Of a stretch of DNA of 64,000 bases, positions 50,905 to 60,734 are shown piece after piece (within the stretch, counting starts at the first letter, position 1; each line of letters opens with the position of its first letter). A program made the position numbers and the translations under genes. The notes beneath the pieces were generated by a model that worked only from the letters and a program-made list of their open reading frames with translations, was not told the DNA's origin and made no database searches. Location of the stretch: contig DUOO01000003.1 in NCBI GenBank assembly GCA_012838795.1, forward strand, positions 568 to 64,567, given 5' to 3'. The stretch comes from Clostridiaceae bacterium (GTDB lineage Bacteria > Bacillota > Clostridia > Saccharofermentanales > DTU023).

Positions 50905-52956
50905 TCAATACAGCTTAACGACAAAAGTTTCATAAGGACGGAGTTCACTGTTTTTAATAAAGTCTTGCTGATTGCGATCAGGATAGTTGGAAATCAGAAT
51001 CGTGTGATCGAGAGATTCCGGAACTTTAATATTGTAATCTTCGGCTAACCTTATCAAGTGCACAGCATTGAAACCGATCACGTTCAATATTTCATCAGTC
51101 AAATTGGCTTCAACATAAAACGCATGATAGTCATCGTACCGAAAATAACGCAGGATACTGGTGTTATGTTTGCTGAGTATTTCCAGTTTACCGTAAACTA
51201 AAGTGGCATAATGAGTACGTAAAGATGCTAATGCACGATAATAATTGAGAATAGAATGTGAATCATTCCCTTGTTCGGCTGCACTCATTTTCGGATCGGC
51301 AAAACAGTCAATCCAGGTTGTTTTGTTTTGTGAAAAATCTCCGTTTAGGTATTCATTGTCCCATGCTATCGGTACTCTGGCATGATCACGACTCCCGCGA
51401 ATAATACGATCAAGTGATCTGGAATCTTCTGCAAAATTTAATTGTTCATTTAATTTTTCATATCGCAATTGACTTTCAATATCTCTGATTTGATTAATAC
51501 TATGGAATGGTGCATTAATTTGACCTAATTCTTGTCCCTGATATAACATGATCGTACCCTTACCCGTTAATTGTAAAGTTGCGATCAGTTTAGCGATTTG
51601 ATTACGGTAAAGATTATGATTTTGCATTCTGCTGACAATTCTGGGATGATTGGGATCTTCGCAGAACAATACCGGCCAAAATGAATTATCTGCCGATAAC
51701 TGCATTTTTAACCAAACATTGCTCAGATAGTAGAGCGATAAATAGTTTGATTGAAAACGACGCTGTCCGGGCTCTTCAAATTGATTATAGTTCAATCCGA
51801 GATCACTGCGTTTTGTAGCATCACCGCTGATCAGACAGGTATAGTTGCCATGCATTCTAAGACAATCGGCAATGATTAAAAAGTCAGGTGAATGTTGTTT
51901 AAGAGCGAGATAGATTTCGTTTAACCAATCCAACAATTTGAACTGATAGATATAGTTTTCAATCCCGGAAACACCTGTTAAGACTGCCAAGGACTTACTG
52001 CCTTCGGGATAGGCTTCATTTTTGGCAATGAGTGAAGCCGATTCAAGAAACAGACCGTCGATACCAAAATTCTTCCAATAAGTCATAACCTTTATCATTT
52101 CTCTTCGAACAAAATCCATATCCCAGTTCAAGTCTAGTTGCTTAGAACTCTTAAGATGCAAATAATAATATTTTGTGGAGCGTTGATAGAGCCATGCTGA
52201 ATCACCATAGAAAGATTGCCAATTGTTCGGTCCGTCATTTACTATATAATAATTTTTATTTTTTGCAATTTGATTCCTTTGGTTATCATCATGTTTATTT
52301 TCCAAAGTTCTTTCTGAGATACTGTCAAAATTCTCCTTAGACATTTCAAACCAAGCATGTTGATCGGAAGTTTGGCTTAACGGAAGAGTAAGAATTATTC
52401 TTAAGTTGTTTTGGTGGCAAAGTGCAATCAATTCTTTAAGATCTTTTTTCGATCCGAACAAGGGATTGATCTCATAAAAATCTTTGATATCGTAGCCTGC
52501 ATCATACATCGGTGAATCGAAAATCGGACTTAATAAAATCGTATCGACATTTAAAGACAATATATACTCGAATCGTTCAATAATTCCCTGAAGATCTCCG
52601 ATTCCGTCATGATTGGCATCTTGAAAGCTGGGTACAAAAATCTGATAAATAATGCTGCTTTTCCACCAGTTATGACTGAAAGAAATTTTATCAGGATAGA
52701 CTTCTTGACGCATCTCATATTGATTGAGTTTTTCAATGATCCAGTTTGCGATTCGGCGGTCGAACATTATTCGAGTGAACCGCTGAATAATTGTGTAAGA
52801 TTTCAATTTTATTGAACGCAAATAAAACTTGTTGAAATCCTCAATAGTTTTACCTGAATAATAAGCGATAAAAGTTAAGAGCTCATAACCGATAACTGAT
52901 TCCAGCACATCTCCCAATGTCGAGTTTATTGTCCATTTCTCTCTTCTTTGCTCCAT
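50905..52956 (-). CDS. GH13 oligo-1,6-glucosidase-like protein with N-terminal extension; catalytic motifs degenerate
   Basis: WWKSSIIYQIF, SFQDANHDGIGDLQGI, DAGYDI, QLDLNW, YQGQELG, SRDHARVP; ATG 52956 after GAGG (ORF track starts at 52962). Confidence 0.85.
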   Translation of the reverse strand: MEQRREKWTINSTLGDVLESVIGYELLTFIAYYSGKTIEDFNKFYLRSIKLKSYTIIQRFTRIMFDRRIANWIIEKLNQYEMRQEVYPDKISFSHNWWKSSIIYQIFVPSFQDANHDGIGDLQGIIERFEYILSLNVDTILLSPIFDSPMYDAGYDIKDFYEINPLFGSKKDLKELIALCHQNNLRIILTLPLSQTSDQHAWFEMSKENFDSISERTLENKHDDNQRNQIAKNKNYYIVNDGPNNWQSFYGDSAWLYQRSTKYYYLHLKSSKQLDLNWDMDFVRREMIKVMTYWKNFGIDGLFLESASLIAKNEAYPEGSKSLAVLTGVSGIENYIYQFKLLDWLNEIYLALKQHSPDFLIIADCLRMHGNYTCLISGDATKRSDLGLNYNQFEEPGQRRFQSNYLSLYYLSNVWLKMQLSADNSFWPVLFCEDPNHPRIVSRMQNHNLYRNQIAKLIATLQLTGKGTIMLYQGQELGQINAPFHSINQIRDIESQLRYEKLNEQLNFAEDSRSLDRIIRGSRDHARVPIAWDNEYLNGDFSQNKTTWIDCFADPKMSAAEQGNDSHSILNYYRALASLRTHYATLVYGKLEILSKHNTSILRYFRYDDYHAFYVEANLTDEILNVIGFNAVHLIRLAEDYNIKVPESLDHTILISNYPDRNQQDFIKNSELRPYETFVVKLY

Positions 52957-52982
52957 ACACACCTCAATCTTGCAAGTTCTAT

Positions 52983-53014
52983 AAAAAAGCCGTACCTATA
53001 TTTTGGTACGGCTT
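52983..53014 (-). terminator. Intrinsic terminator of tkt
   Basis: Minus strand AAGCCGTACC-AAAATATA-GGTACGGCTT-TTTT. Confidence 0.8.
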
Positions 53015-53038
53015 GGCTGATTAATCAAGTAATATATT

Positions 53039-55021
53039 TTAGAGCAATTCATTTGCTGCATCTAAAACAGCTTGTTTATTAATACCGAATTCTTCAAATA
53101 GAATATTGGCAGGTGCAGATGATCCGAAATGATCAATACCGATAACTTTTCCGTTTGAACCGACTAAACGATACCAAGGCATTGTTGCACCGGCTTCAAT
53201 GGAGATTCTTTTGGTTACTGCAGCAGGCAGCACTTTTTCTTGATATGCAGCGTCTTGTTCCAAAAATGCATCCATACATGGAATCGAAACCAAACGAACT
53301 TTTTTACCTTGTTCGGTTAATTCTTGTTGTGCTTCCAGAGCCGGTCTGACTTCTGAACCGCTTGCCATAATAATTAATTCAGGGGTACCTTCACAATCTT
53401 GGAAAATATAGCCTCCTTTGATTGCATCTTTACCGGACTGTTCATAAGTTGGCAGATTCTGTCTGGTCAGAGCAAGGAAAGTTGGTTTTTTCTCTTTTAA
53501 ATTGAAAAGATAGGCAGCAGCAGTTTCTGTACCGTCTGCGGGTCGGAATACATAAGTATTGGGAGTTGCCCGCAACATGCTGAGTTGTTCAATCGGCTGA
53601 TGAGTAGGACCGTCTTCACCGACACCGATACTATCATGAGTCAGAATAAAGAGTGACGGTACATTCATGATCGAAGACAGACGGAATGCAGCTTTCATAT
53701 AATCGGCAAAGACAAAGAAAGTTGCACCGAAAGCATGAACACCGCCATGTAAATTCATACCGTTAACGATACAAGCCATAGCGAACTCACGAATTCCATA
53801 ATGAATATTACGTCCGCTGTAATTTTCAGCTGAAAAATAACCTAAACCCGGCATATTGGTATTATTTGAAGGTGCCAGGTCAGCCGAACCGCCAATTAAT
53901 CCCGGTACATGTTTAGCGACAACATTCAAGACACTGCCGCTGGTTTTTCTGGTAGCTTGTTCACCTGAGAAAGCCCAAAGAGCAGGATCATTTTCCAGGC
54001 TGTCCAGATCAGGTTCTAAACATTCAGCAAATTCTTCAGCCAATTCCGGATTAGCTTCTTGCCATGCGGCAAAAGTTTCATCCCAAATTTTTTCATCTTC
54101 GGCCAATCTTGTTTGAACATCAGTTAAATAATCTTTTAATGCTTGTGGAATTTCAAATGCCGGCAAATTGGTATCCCAACCCAAATATTCTTTAGTTTTC
54201 AGAATGTTTTCATTGCCTAAAGGACTGCCGTGTGTGGATTCGCTGCCAACTAAAGGAGAACCATAGCCGATTTCACTGTGTAAAATAATCATTGAAGGTT
54301 GTTCTTTATTGGCTTTTGCTTCTTCAATCGCTTCAGCGATTGCATCGGTATCGTTAGCATCTGATACAGACAATACTTGCCAACCGTATGCTTTGTAACG
54401 AGCTGCCACATCTTCGGTGAAGGCCAAATCGGTCGAACCCTCAATTGTAATTTTGTTACGGTCATAGAATAGAATTAACTTATCTAATTTTAAGTGTCCG
54501 GCTAGTGAAGATGCTTCTCCGCTGACTCCTTCCATCAGACAACCGTCACCGGACAATACATAGGTATAATGGTCGACGATTTTATGTTCATCGGTATTAA
54601 AACGTTCTGCCAAATGAGCTTCCGCCATTGCGAAACCTACAGCTGAGGCAATGCCTTGACCCAAAGGACCGGTGGTCATTTCAACACCTTCAGTGTCCAA
54701 GTATTCCGGATGTCCGGGAGTTTTACTTCCCCATTGTCTGAATTGTGCAAGGTCTTCAGCAGTTAAACCGTAACCGAACAGATGTAATAATGAATAGATT
54801 AACATTGATGCATGACCCGCACTTAAGATAAAGCGGTCTCGGTTAAACCAATCCGGATTGTTCGGATTATGTTTCATATGATTCGCCCATAATTCAAAGG
54901 CTACCGGAGCTGCTCCCAAAGGCATTCCCGGATGTCCGGAATTTGCTTTTTGAATAGCGTCGATAGACAATACACGCAGGGCATTTATCCCCAGTAGATC
55001 CATTTGCATTTTATTTTTCAT
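53039..55021 (-). CDS. tkt: Transketolase
   Basis: [55 protein letters not shown]. Confidence 0.98.
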   Translation of the reverse strand: MKNKMQMDLLGINALRVLSIDAIQKANSGHPGMPLGAAPVAFELWANHMKHNPNNPDWFNRDRFILSAGHASMLIYSLLHLFGYGLTAEDLAQFRQWGSKTPGHPEYLDTEGVEMTTGPLGQGIASAVGFAMAEAHLAERFNTDEHKIVDHYTYVLSGDGCLMEGVSGEASSLAGHLKLDKLILFYDRNKITIEGSTDLAFTEDVAARYKAYGWQVLSVSDANDTDAIAEAIEEAKANKEQPSMIILHSEIGYGSPLVGSESTHGSPLGNENILKTKEYLGWDTNLPAFEIPQALKDYLTDVQTRLAEDEKIWDETFAAWQEANPELAEEFAECLEPDLDSLENDPALWAFSGEQATRKTSGSVLNVVAKHVPGLIGGSADLAPSNNTNMPGLGYFSAENYSGRNIHYGIREFAMACIVNGMNLHGGVHAFGATFFVFADYMKAAFRLSSIMNVPSLFILTHDSIGVGEDGPTHQPIEQLSMLRATPNTYVFRPADGTETAAAYLFNLKEKKPTFLALTRQNLPTYEQSGKDAIKGGYIFQDCEGTPELIIMASGSEVRPALEAQQELTEQGKKVRLVSIPCMDAFLEQDAAYQEKVLPAAVTKRISIEAGATMPWYRLVGSNGKVIGIDHFGSSAPANILFEEFGINKQAVLDAANELL

Positions 55022-55384
55022 TTGTACCTCCGTAAAATAATATATATATTCCTAAATAACGTTGTTATTTTAGTTTGCTTATTAGATCTTTCGTTACCGA
55101 TATTAATTTTGATTTTTCTTTAAATAGCTTGTTCTTCGATTTGTTTTTTGCTTGTTTTTTATTATATAAATACAAAACCATATAGTGTGTATAAAAATAT
55201 AAACCATACATAATTATTGTAGCATAAATAATTCGATAATAAATTCTAATATATATTCAAATTTCCTGTCTTGAAGTTACGTTTGACCTAAGTTCTTTTA
55301 AGATATAAAACAGATTTGTTTTTATATGATAAAATATATCAAAGAATTTTTTGTTGGTATAACTGAAAAATAACAATATTAAGT

Positions 55385-56596
55385 ATGAAGAGAAATATAA
55401 GAGTTTTACATACAGCTGATTTGCATCTCGGATCTCCTTTCGTTTATTTAGACTCTGCTAAGCAAAGAGCAATGCGTTTAGAACAAGAGAAGGTTTTTTT
55501 TGAGATAATAAATATTTGTCGCAAAGAAAATGTAGATTTTTTGACAATCGGAGGTGACTTGTTTGATTCAATAAGTCCGGATAAGGAGTTGCTGGAGAGA
55601 GTTTATCAAGGTTTTTCGGCTATTTCCCAAGTTGAAATTATTATTAATCCGGGCAACCATGATTATTGGCATCAAGCCGGTTTATGGCAGTTTTTTTTCG
55701 ATTTGCAACATGTGCATATTTTTGAACCGCAAACTGAGTTTTTTGAATTTACAGATCGAAAAATCAGATTTTACGGTAAACCGTTTATCAGTCAGTCAAG
55801 CCCTCAGCCTTTATGGCAAGAAATAGATTTATTCTTAGACTCGACATGTTTTAATGTTCTGCTTCAACATGGGGATTTGCAGTGTCCCAATTCGAAATCC
55901 AACTACAATCCTTTGAATTATTCTTGGCTTGATCGTTGTGGTTTTGACTTGGTTTTACTTGGCCATATTCATAAGTCGGATAAAGAAGTATTGACCGAAA
56001 AAGGTATTCCATGTCTGTATAGCGGATGTCCTTGCGGCAGAGGATTTGATGAAGACGGCAGCAAAGGTGTTTTTCTGATTGAGCTGATAGAAGGTATCGA
56101 AATGGGTCAGATCAGCTTTGTTCCACTTGCAGGACCTAAATTTTTTAAGATTCGTATAGATTTAAGTCCGATTATTTTTGATACCCAATTAGAATTACAA
56201 GATAAAATTCTTATAGCTTTGGAAAAACGCATTGCAGCCTATCGCATCAGGTCAAATTATGATTGTTGTCAACTCAAATTAGATGGCTTTATATCACAAA
56301 AAGTAAATCGCGAGTTGCTTTTAACAAAATTGCAGGAAATATTCTTTTATGTTGAGCTGAGAGATGAAACTAAAATGAAAATCGATTTTACCGGTTTGAT
56401 TGAAGAACATTCACTGCGAGGCGATGTCACTCGCTATGCGAAACAACTTGCTGCCGAACCTGATTTATTAAACAAAGTATTAGAGGATCTGGGTTTAAGG
56501 AATCTGAATGCTGAACAGGCAAAACAGGTGATTGAGCAAGGCTACTTTTTTACGATGCAGGCAGCGGAACAGGATTTGGATATTTATGAAAATTGA
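55385..56596 (+). CDS. SbcD/Mre11-like DNA repair metallophosphoesterase (YhaO-like)
   Basis: HTADLHLG, GGDLFD, PGNHD, LGHIH, YSGCPCGRGFDE. Confidence 0.9.
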   Translation: MKRNIRVLHTADLHLGSPFVYLDSAKQRAMRLEQEKVFFEIINICRKENVDFLTIGGDLFDSISPDKELLERVYQGFSAISQVEIIINPGNHDYWHQAGLWQFFFDLQHVHIFEPQTEFFEFTDRKIRFYGKPFISQSSPQPLWQEIDLFLDSTCFNVLLQHGDLQCPNSKSNYNPLNYSWLDRCGFDLVLLGHIHKSDKEVLTEKGIPCLYSGCPCGRGFDEDGSKGVFLIELIEGIEMGQISFVPLAGPKFFKIRIDLSPIIFDTQLELQDKILIALEKRIAAYRIRSNYDCCQLKLDGFISQKVNRELLLTKLQEIFFYVELRDETKMKIDFTGLIEEHSLRGDVTRYAKQLAAEPDLLNKVLEDLGLRNLNAEQAKQVIEQGYFFTMQAAEQDLDIYEN

Positions 56597-58928
56597 TCGA
56601 ATACATATTGAAGCATTTGGTGGTTTAGAAAACGTTGAAATCAATTTTAAACCTGAAATGCAGATTGTTTATGGAATGAATGAGAGTGGTAAGACGACTA
56701 TTCAGAATTTCATTAAAGCCATGTTTTACGGCTTCGGGAAAATCGGTCATTCTGTTGAAACCAATGCCCGTAAAAAATATAAACCATGGTCAGGCAAAAC
56801 GATGGGTGGTTATATTGTTTTTAGTTATCATGGCATAACTTATCGTTTAGCGAAAAGATTTGCAGAACGTAAATCTCAGGATGAAACTTGGCTTTCGCTT
56901 GAAGCGAGCGGTGAACCGGTCAATTTAAAAAATCCGGAACAACCCGGGCAGGAACTGTTTCAAATTTCGGAAATAGAATTTTTAAACACGGTCTTTGTAG
57001 AAAATCCCGGTGTCGATTCGGAAAACCTATCTGAACTTGATCCGAAAATTAATCGCAAGGTCGGCTTGTCAGAATATGATTGGTCTTATGAAGAGATTAA
57101 TGCCAGGTTGGAAAAAGCTCGAAAATATTATAAACCGGATCGAGGTAATGAAGGATATTTAGCCGGAATTGAACAGAAAATTGCTGACTTGAATTTAAAT
57201 TTGGAACAAGCTTTGAACAGAGATCAGCAGGTCGCCGATCTTAATAAAAATATTGAAGTTATCGAAACAGAGCTGATTGAGCTAGCTGATAGAGAATATT
57301 CATTACTTCTTCAAAATCAACAACATCAAAAATTGAAATTGGCGGAACGCTTTGAAAAATATCAAAAACTCCAAGAATCGTTAGACCGATATATGGATTC
57401 TGCAGCTAATGTGTCTGAAGGTGTTTTACGCAATAAACTGATTTCTGCAAAAGAATTAACCGAAATTGCCAATCAACGACAACTGACGATGCAAGCCTTG
57501 AGTGAATACGAAATTAGGTTCAATATAGCTGAACAGAGATTTCTTGAACAAGAAAATTATCATAATGAAGCAAAACGAACTGTTTCTGAAATTGTTGCAG
57601 AAAGAAGTCGTTTACAATATTTACAACAGAAATCGGCAGAACATAAGCCGCAAACGTTTAGCAAACCGAAGATTTCATATGCATCCTTTATTCCTTTGGT
57701 GATAGCAGAAATTTTCTGTTTAATCGGTGGTTTGATTTTTCGTGCAACCAAACCGGTCTTGTCAGGATTTCTGATTGTTTTGGCAGTTTTATTACCGTTT
57801 ATCATGGTATTTATTTATTATTTTTTGCAACGCAAACATGACTATATGATGAAACAATATCATGAAAAAATCCGTAAGCATGAAATTCGCACTTTGAAAA
57901 TTGAAAACGGTTTGCAAAAACTGGAGTGGCAACTTGAGCAAATAGATCAGCGGATTAAACAGCTGAATGGAGATCAGAAGAAGGCGGCAGAAGCGGCAGA
58001 ATATGCTGAACAGCAATATCAGAAAGAATTTAACAAGCTCAAATATTTGATTAAACCATACTTTCTGGAATTGCCGGATGATGATCAGCTTGATCTTGCG
58101 ATTCAAAGTTTACGTGAACAAACCGTTAACAGTATTCAGAATGAAGAAGAGATCAAACGGACTAAAGAGCAGATGAACGAATTGAAAGGTTCATATGATA
58201 CGGCACAATTTTATCAAGCATATCAAGATGCCCAAAATTGGCTGATCGAAAAACAGTCAGAATTGCGGACATTTCCGGAATTTTCAGAAAAATATATTGA
58301 CTCGCAATTAGCCGGAATTCAAGAAAGTCGAATAATTCTGCGTGAAAAATTAGCTACAGAGAAGACAAAGCTAAATCATTTGATCCGGAATCAAATAAAC
58401 ACGATAGAATTAGAAGCTGAGCTTAACAGATTAATTACAGTGCATCAAAAAGCGGAACAAAATTATGCCGCATTGTTAATGTCACTTCATCTTTTGCACC
58501 ATAGTAAAGCTAAATTCGATGAGGATGTGCGGCCTGTGCTCAATCAAAAAGCGGCCGAATATTTGTCTGCAATGACCGGATCACAATATCAAGAATTAAA
58601 AATAGATCAAGATTACGTTGTACGTTTACAACCTGAAACTGATAACAATGTGCATTATTACGAACAAGCTTTTTATAGTGCCGGTTTGAACGATCAAATT
58701 AACTTGGCCTTGCGTTTAGCCTTAACTGAATTATTACAGGATATGAGCGAGAGCATTCCGCTGATTCTGGATGATCCGTTTATACAGTTAGATCAAAATC
58801 GTGCGACATTATCTCTTGAATTGCTGCTGAATTTGAGTAAAAGTCAAAAAAGACAGATTATTTTGTTTACCAGTCAAAAATCATTGGTGAATTTAGCCGA
58901 TGGAACGATTGAATTGATCAATTTGTGA
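56586..58928 (+). CDS. SMC/Rad50-like coiled-coil ATPase with central TM hairpin (YhaN-like)
   Basis: MKIDRIHIEAFG, GMNESGKTT, long coiled coils, YSAG signature, LILDDPF; start at ATG 56586 overlapping the upstream gene. Confidence 0.88.
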   Translation: MKIDRIHIEAFGGLENVEINFKPEMQIVYGMNESGKTTIQNFIKAMFYGFGKIGHSVETNARKKYKPWSGKTMGGYIVFSYHGITYRLAKRFAERKSQDETWLSLEASGEPVNLKNPEQPGQELFQISEIEFLNTVFVENPGVDSENLSELDPKINRKVGLSEYDWSYEEINARLEKARKYYKPDRGNEGYLAGIEQKIADLNLNLEQALNRDQQVADLNKNIEVIETELIELADREYSLLLQNQQHQKLKLAERFEKYQKLQESLDRYMDSAANVSEGVLRNKLISAKELTEIANQRQLTMQALSEYEIRFNIAEQRFLEQENYHNEAKRTVSEIVAERSRLQYLQQKSAEHKPQTFSKPKISYASFIPLVIAEIFCLIGGLIFRATKPVLSGFLIVLAVLLPFIMVFIYYFLQRKHDYMMKQYHEKIRKHEIRTLKIENGLQKLEWQLEQIDQRIKQLNGDQKKAAEAAEYAEQQYQKEFNKLKYLIKPYFLELPDDDQLDLAIQSLREQTVNSIQNEEEIKRTKEQMNELKGSYDTAQFYQAYQDAQNWLIEKQSELRTFPEFSEKYIDSQLAGIQESRIILREKLATEKTKLNHLIRNQINTIELEAELNRLITVHQKAEQNYAALLMSLHLLHHSKAKFDEDVRPVLNQKAAEYLSAMTGSQYQELKIDQDYVVRLQPETDNNVHYYEQAFYSAGLNDQINLALRLALTELLQDMSESIPLILDDPFIQLDQNRATLSLELLLNLSKSQKRQIILFTSQKSLVNLADGTIELINL

Positions 58929-59125
58929 GATTATCCAGGAATTTTTGGTAATTTTGCCACTAATTTGCTGTTTGTCGGATTTATATGTTGAGCAAGCAAC
59001 TTGTCAAGGATATCTATATTTGATATATTTCAATCATTCATTCAAAAGAATAAACAGATTGATCTTTTGAAAATAAAAAGTGTAGCAGGCATAAAAAGCC
59101 ACATATTTAAGGAGGACAGGTCCAA

Positions 59126-60556
59126 GTGGACGTAAGTCATTGTTGTACTTTAGTACAGCATTCTATTATCAATGCAAATTCTGTCAGCAATTCAAATTCA
59201 ATAAAAGTTATTTTAATTAATCTAATTGTTATTTTTCTTTTGATTTTAGTCAACGGTTTTTTTGCCGCTTCCGAAATGGCAGTAGTCAGACTGAACGAAA
59301 CTAAACTGCGTGCTAAAGCGGAAGACGGGGATCCTGTTGCTAAAAAATTACTTCATTTTTTAAAGAATCAAAGTAGTTTTCTGGCCACAGTTCAAGTTGG
59401 TGTTACTTTTGCCGGATTTTTATCCGCAGCTTTCGGTGCAAGTCAAATTACACCTATTATTTATAATTGGTTTGATCCAAACCATTCCAGAGGATATTTG
59501 GAACCGATTCTGACAATAGGGATTACAATAATTATTTCTTATTTTTCTTTGGTTTTAGGTGAATTGGTACCGAAACAAATCGGTATGCGAGATCCTGAAA
59601 AGTATGCGAATAGATTCTTTGTGCTTTTACGAATCTGGGAAATATTAGTTAATCCCTTCGCGAAATTCCTCAATGCATCAGCAAAGGTTGTCTGTCGCAT
59701 TATAGGGATTGACCCAAGTAAAAATGAAATTGAAGTTACCGAAGAAGAAATACTTTTCATGGCGCGGGCAGGCGACAAAAGCGGCGGAATTGATAGTGAT
59801 GAAGCTAAAATGATCTATAACGTTTTTGATTTGGATGATACCGAAGTTTCGGAAATTATGACTCCGCGTACTGCTATGGTTACTTTGCCCGCAGACTCAA
59901 CATATAAAGAAGTTATTTTTGTTGCTGCTCATGAGCGATATAGCCGGATTCCGGTTTATGAAGAAAGCGTTGATGATATCATCGGAATTCTTCATATCAA
60001 AGATTTATTGCGGATAACCGAGAATCAAATAGAAAATTTTGATTTGCGCAAATATTTGCGTGAAGCTTATTTTGTACCTGAAGGTAAATCGATCAATGTC
60101 CTATTTCGGGAGATGCAAAAACAGAATATATCCCTGGCGATTGTAATTGACGAATATGGCGGAACGGACGGCTTAATTGCGATCGAAGATATTCTGGAAG
60201 AAATCGTCGGAGATATTGCTGATGAATATGACGGAGCTGATCAAAGTGTTGTAAAAAACCCGGATGGCAGTTATATTTTGGACGGTTTGCTTTCACCGGA
60301 AGAAGTTGTCGAAAGAGTACCGGAAGTATCAGAACTGGATGAAGATGACAGTTTCGATTATGATACTTTGGCAGGCTTAGTACTCAATAGATTGGAACGT
60401 ATCCCGGAACCTTTTGAAAATCCATCGGTTATTGTAGATCGATTTAAGTTTACAGTGCTTGAAATGGATGATAAGAGAATTGCTCGAATCAAACTTGAGT
60501 TTTTGGATGATAAGCAAGGAGCTCAGGAGTCAGAAGAAGAAAATAATAAGACCTAA
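59126..60556 (+). CDS. HlyC/CorC family transporter (CNNM + CBS + CorC domains)
   Basis: NGFFAASEMA, GELVPK, IMTPR, YSRIPVY, IDEYGG, EDILEEIVGDI; GTG start after AAGGAGG. Confidence 0.93.
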   Translation: MDVSHCCTLVQHSIINANSVSNSNSIKVILINLIVIFLLILVNGFFAASEMAVVRLNETKLRAKAEDGDPVAKKLLHFLKNQSSFLATVQVGVTFAGFLSAAFGASQITPIIYNWFDPNHSRGYLEPILTIGITIIISYFSLVLGELVPKQIGMRDPEKYANRFFVLLRIWEILVNPFAKFLNASAKVVCRIIGIDPSKNEIEVTEEEILFMARAGDKSGGIDSDEAKMIYNVFDLDDTEVSEIMTPRTAMVTLPADSTYKEVIFVAAHERYSRIPVYEESVDDIIGILHIKDLLRITENQIENFDLRKYLREAYFVPEGKSINVLFREMQKQNISLAIVIDEYGGTDGLIAIEDILEEIVGDIADEYDGADQSVVKNPDGSYILDGLLSPEEVVERVPEVSELDEDDSFDYDTLAGLVLNRLERIPEPFENPSVIVDRFKFTVLEMDDKRIARIKLEFLDDKQGAQESEEENNKT

Positions 60557-60615
60557 AAATAAAAAGATAAATTCTAAAAAGATCAAACTGAAAACAACAA
60601 GATTAATTGCAGAAA

Positions 60616-60705
60616 AAATGTAACAAAGCAAATGAAATGTAACAAAATATATGTTGATTAAAACGATAATTAGGAGTAAGGTGTTCATTATTTTAATCAA
60701 CATAT
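60616..60705 (+). promoter_or_regulatory. 12-bp direct repeat plus 15-bp inverted repeat in the leader of the P-type ATPase
   Basis: AAATGTAACAAA at 60616 and 60635; ATATGTTGATTAAAA (60649-60663) / TTTTAATCAACATAT (60691-60705). Confidence 0.45.
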
Positions 60706-60734
60706 TTTTAGATGAGCAAAATGCAGGTGAATAA

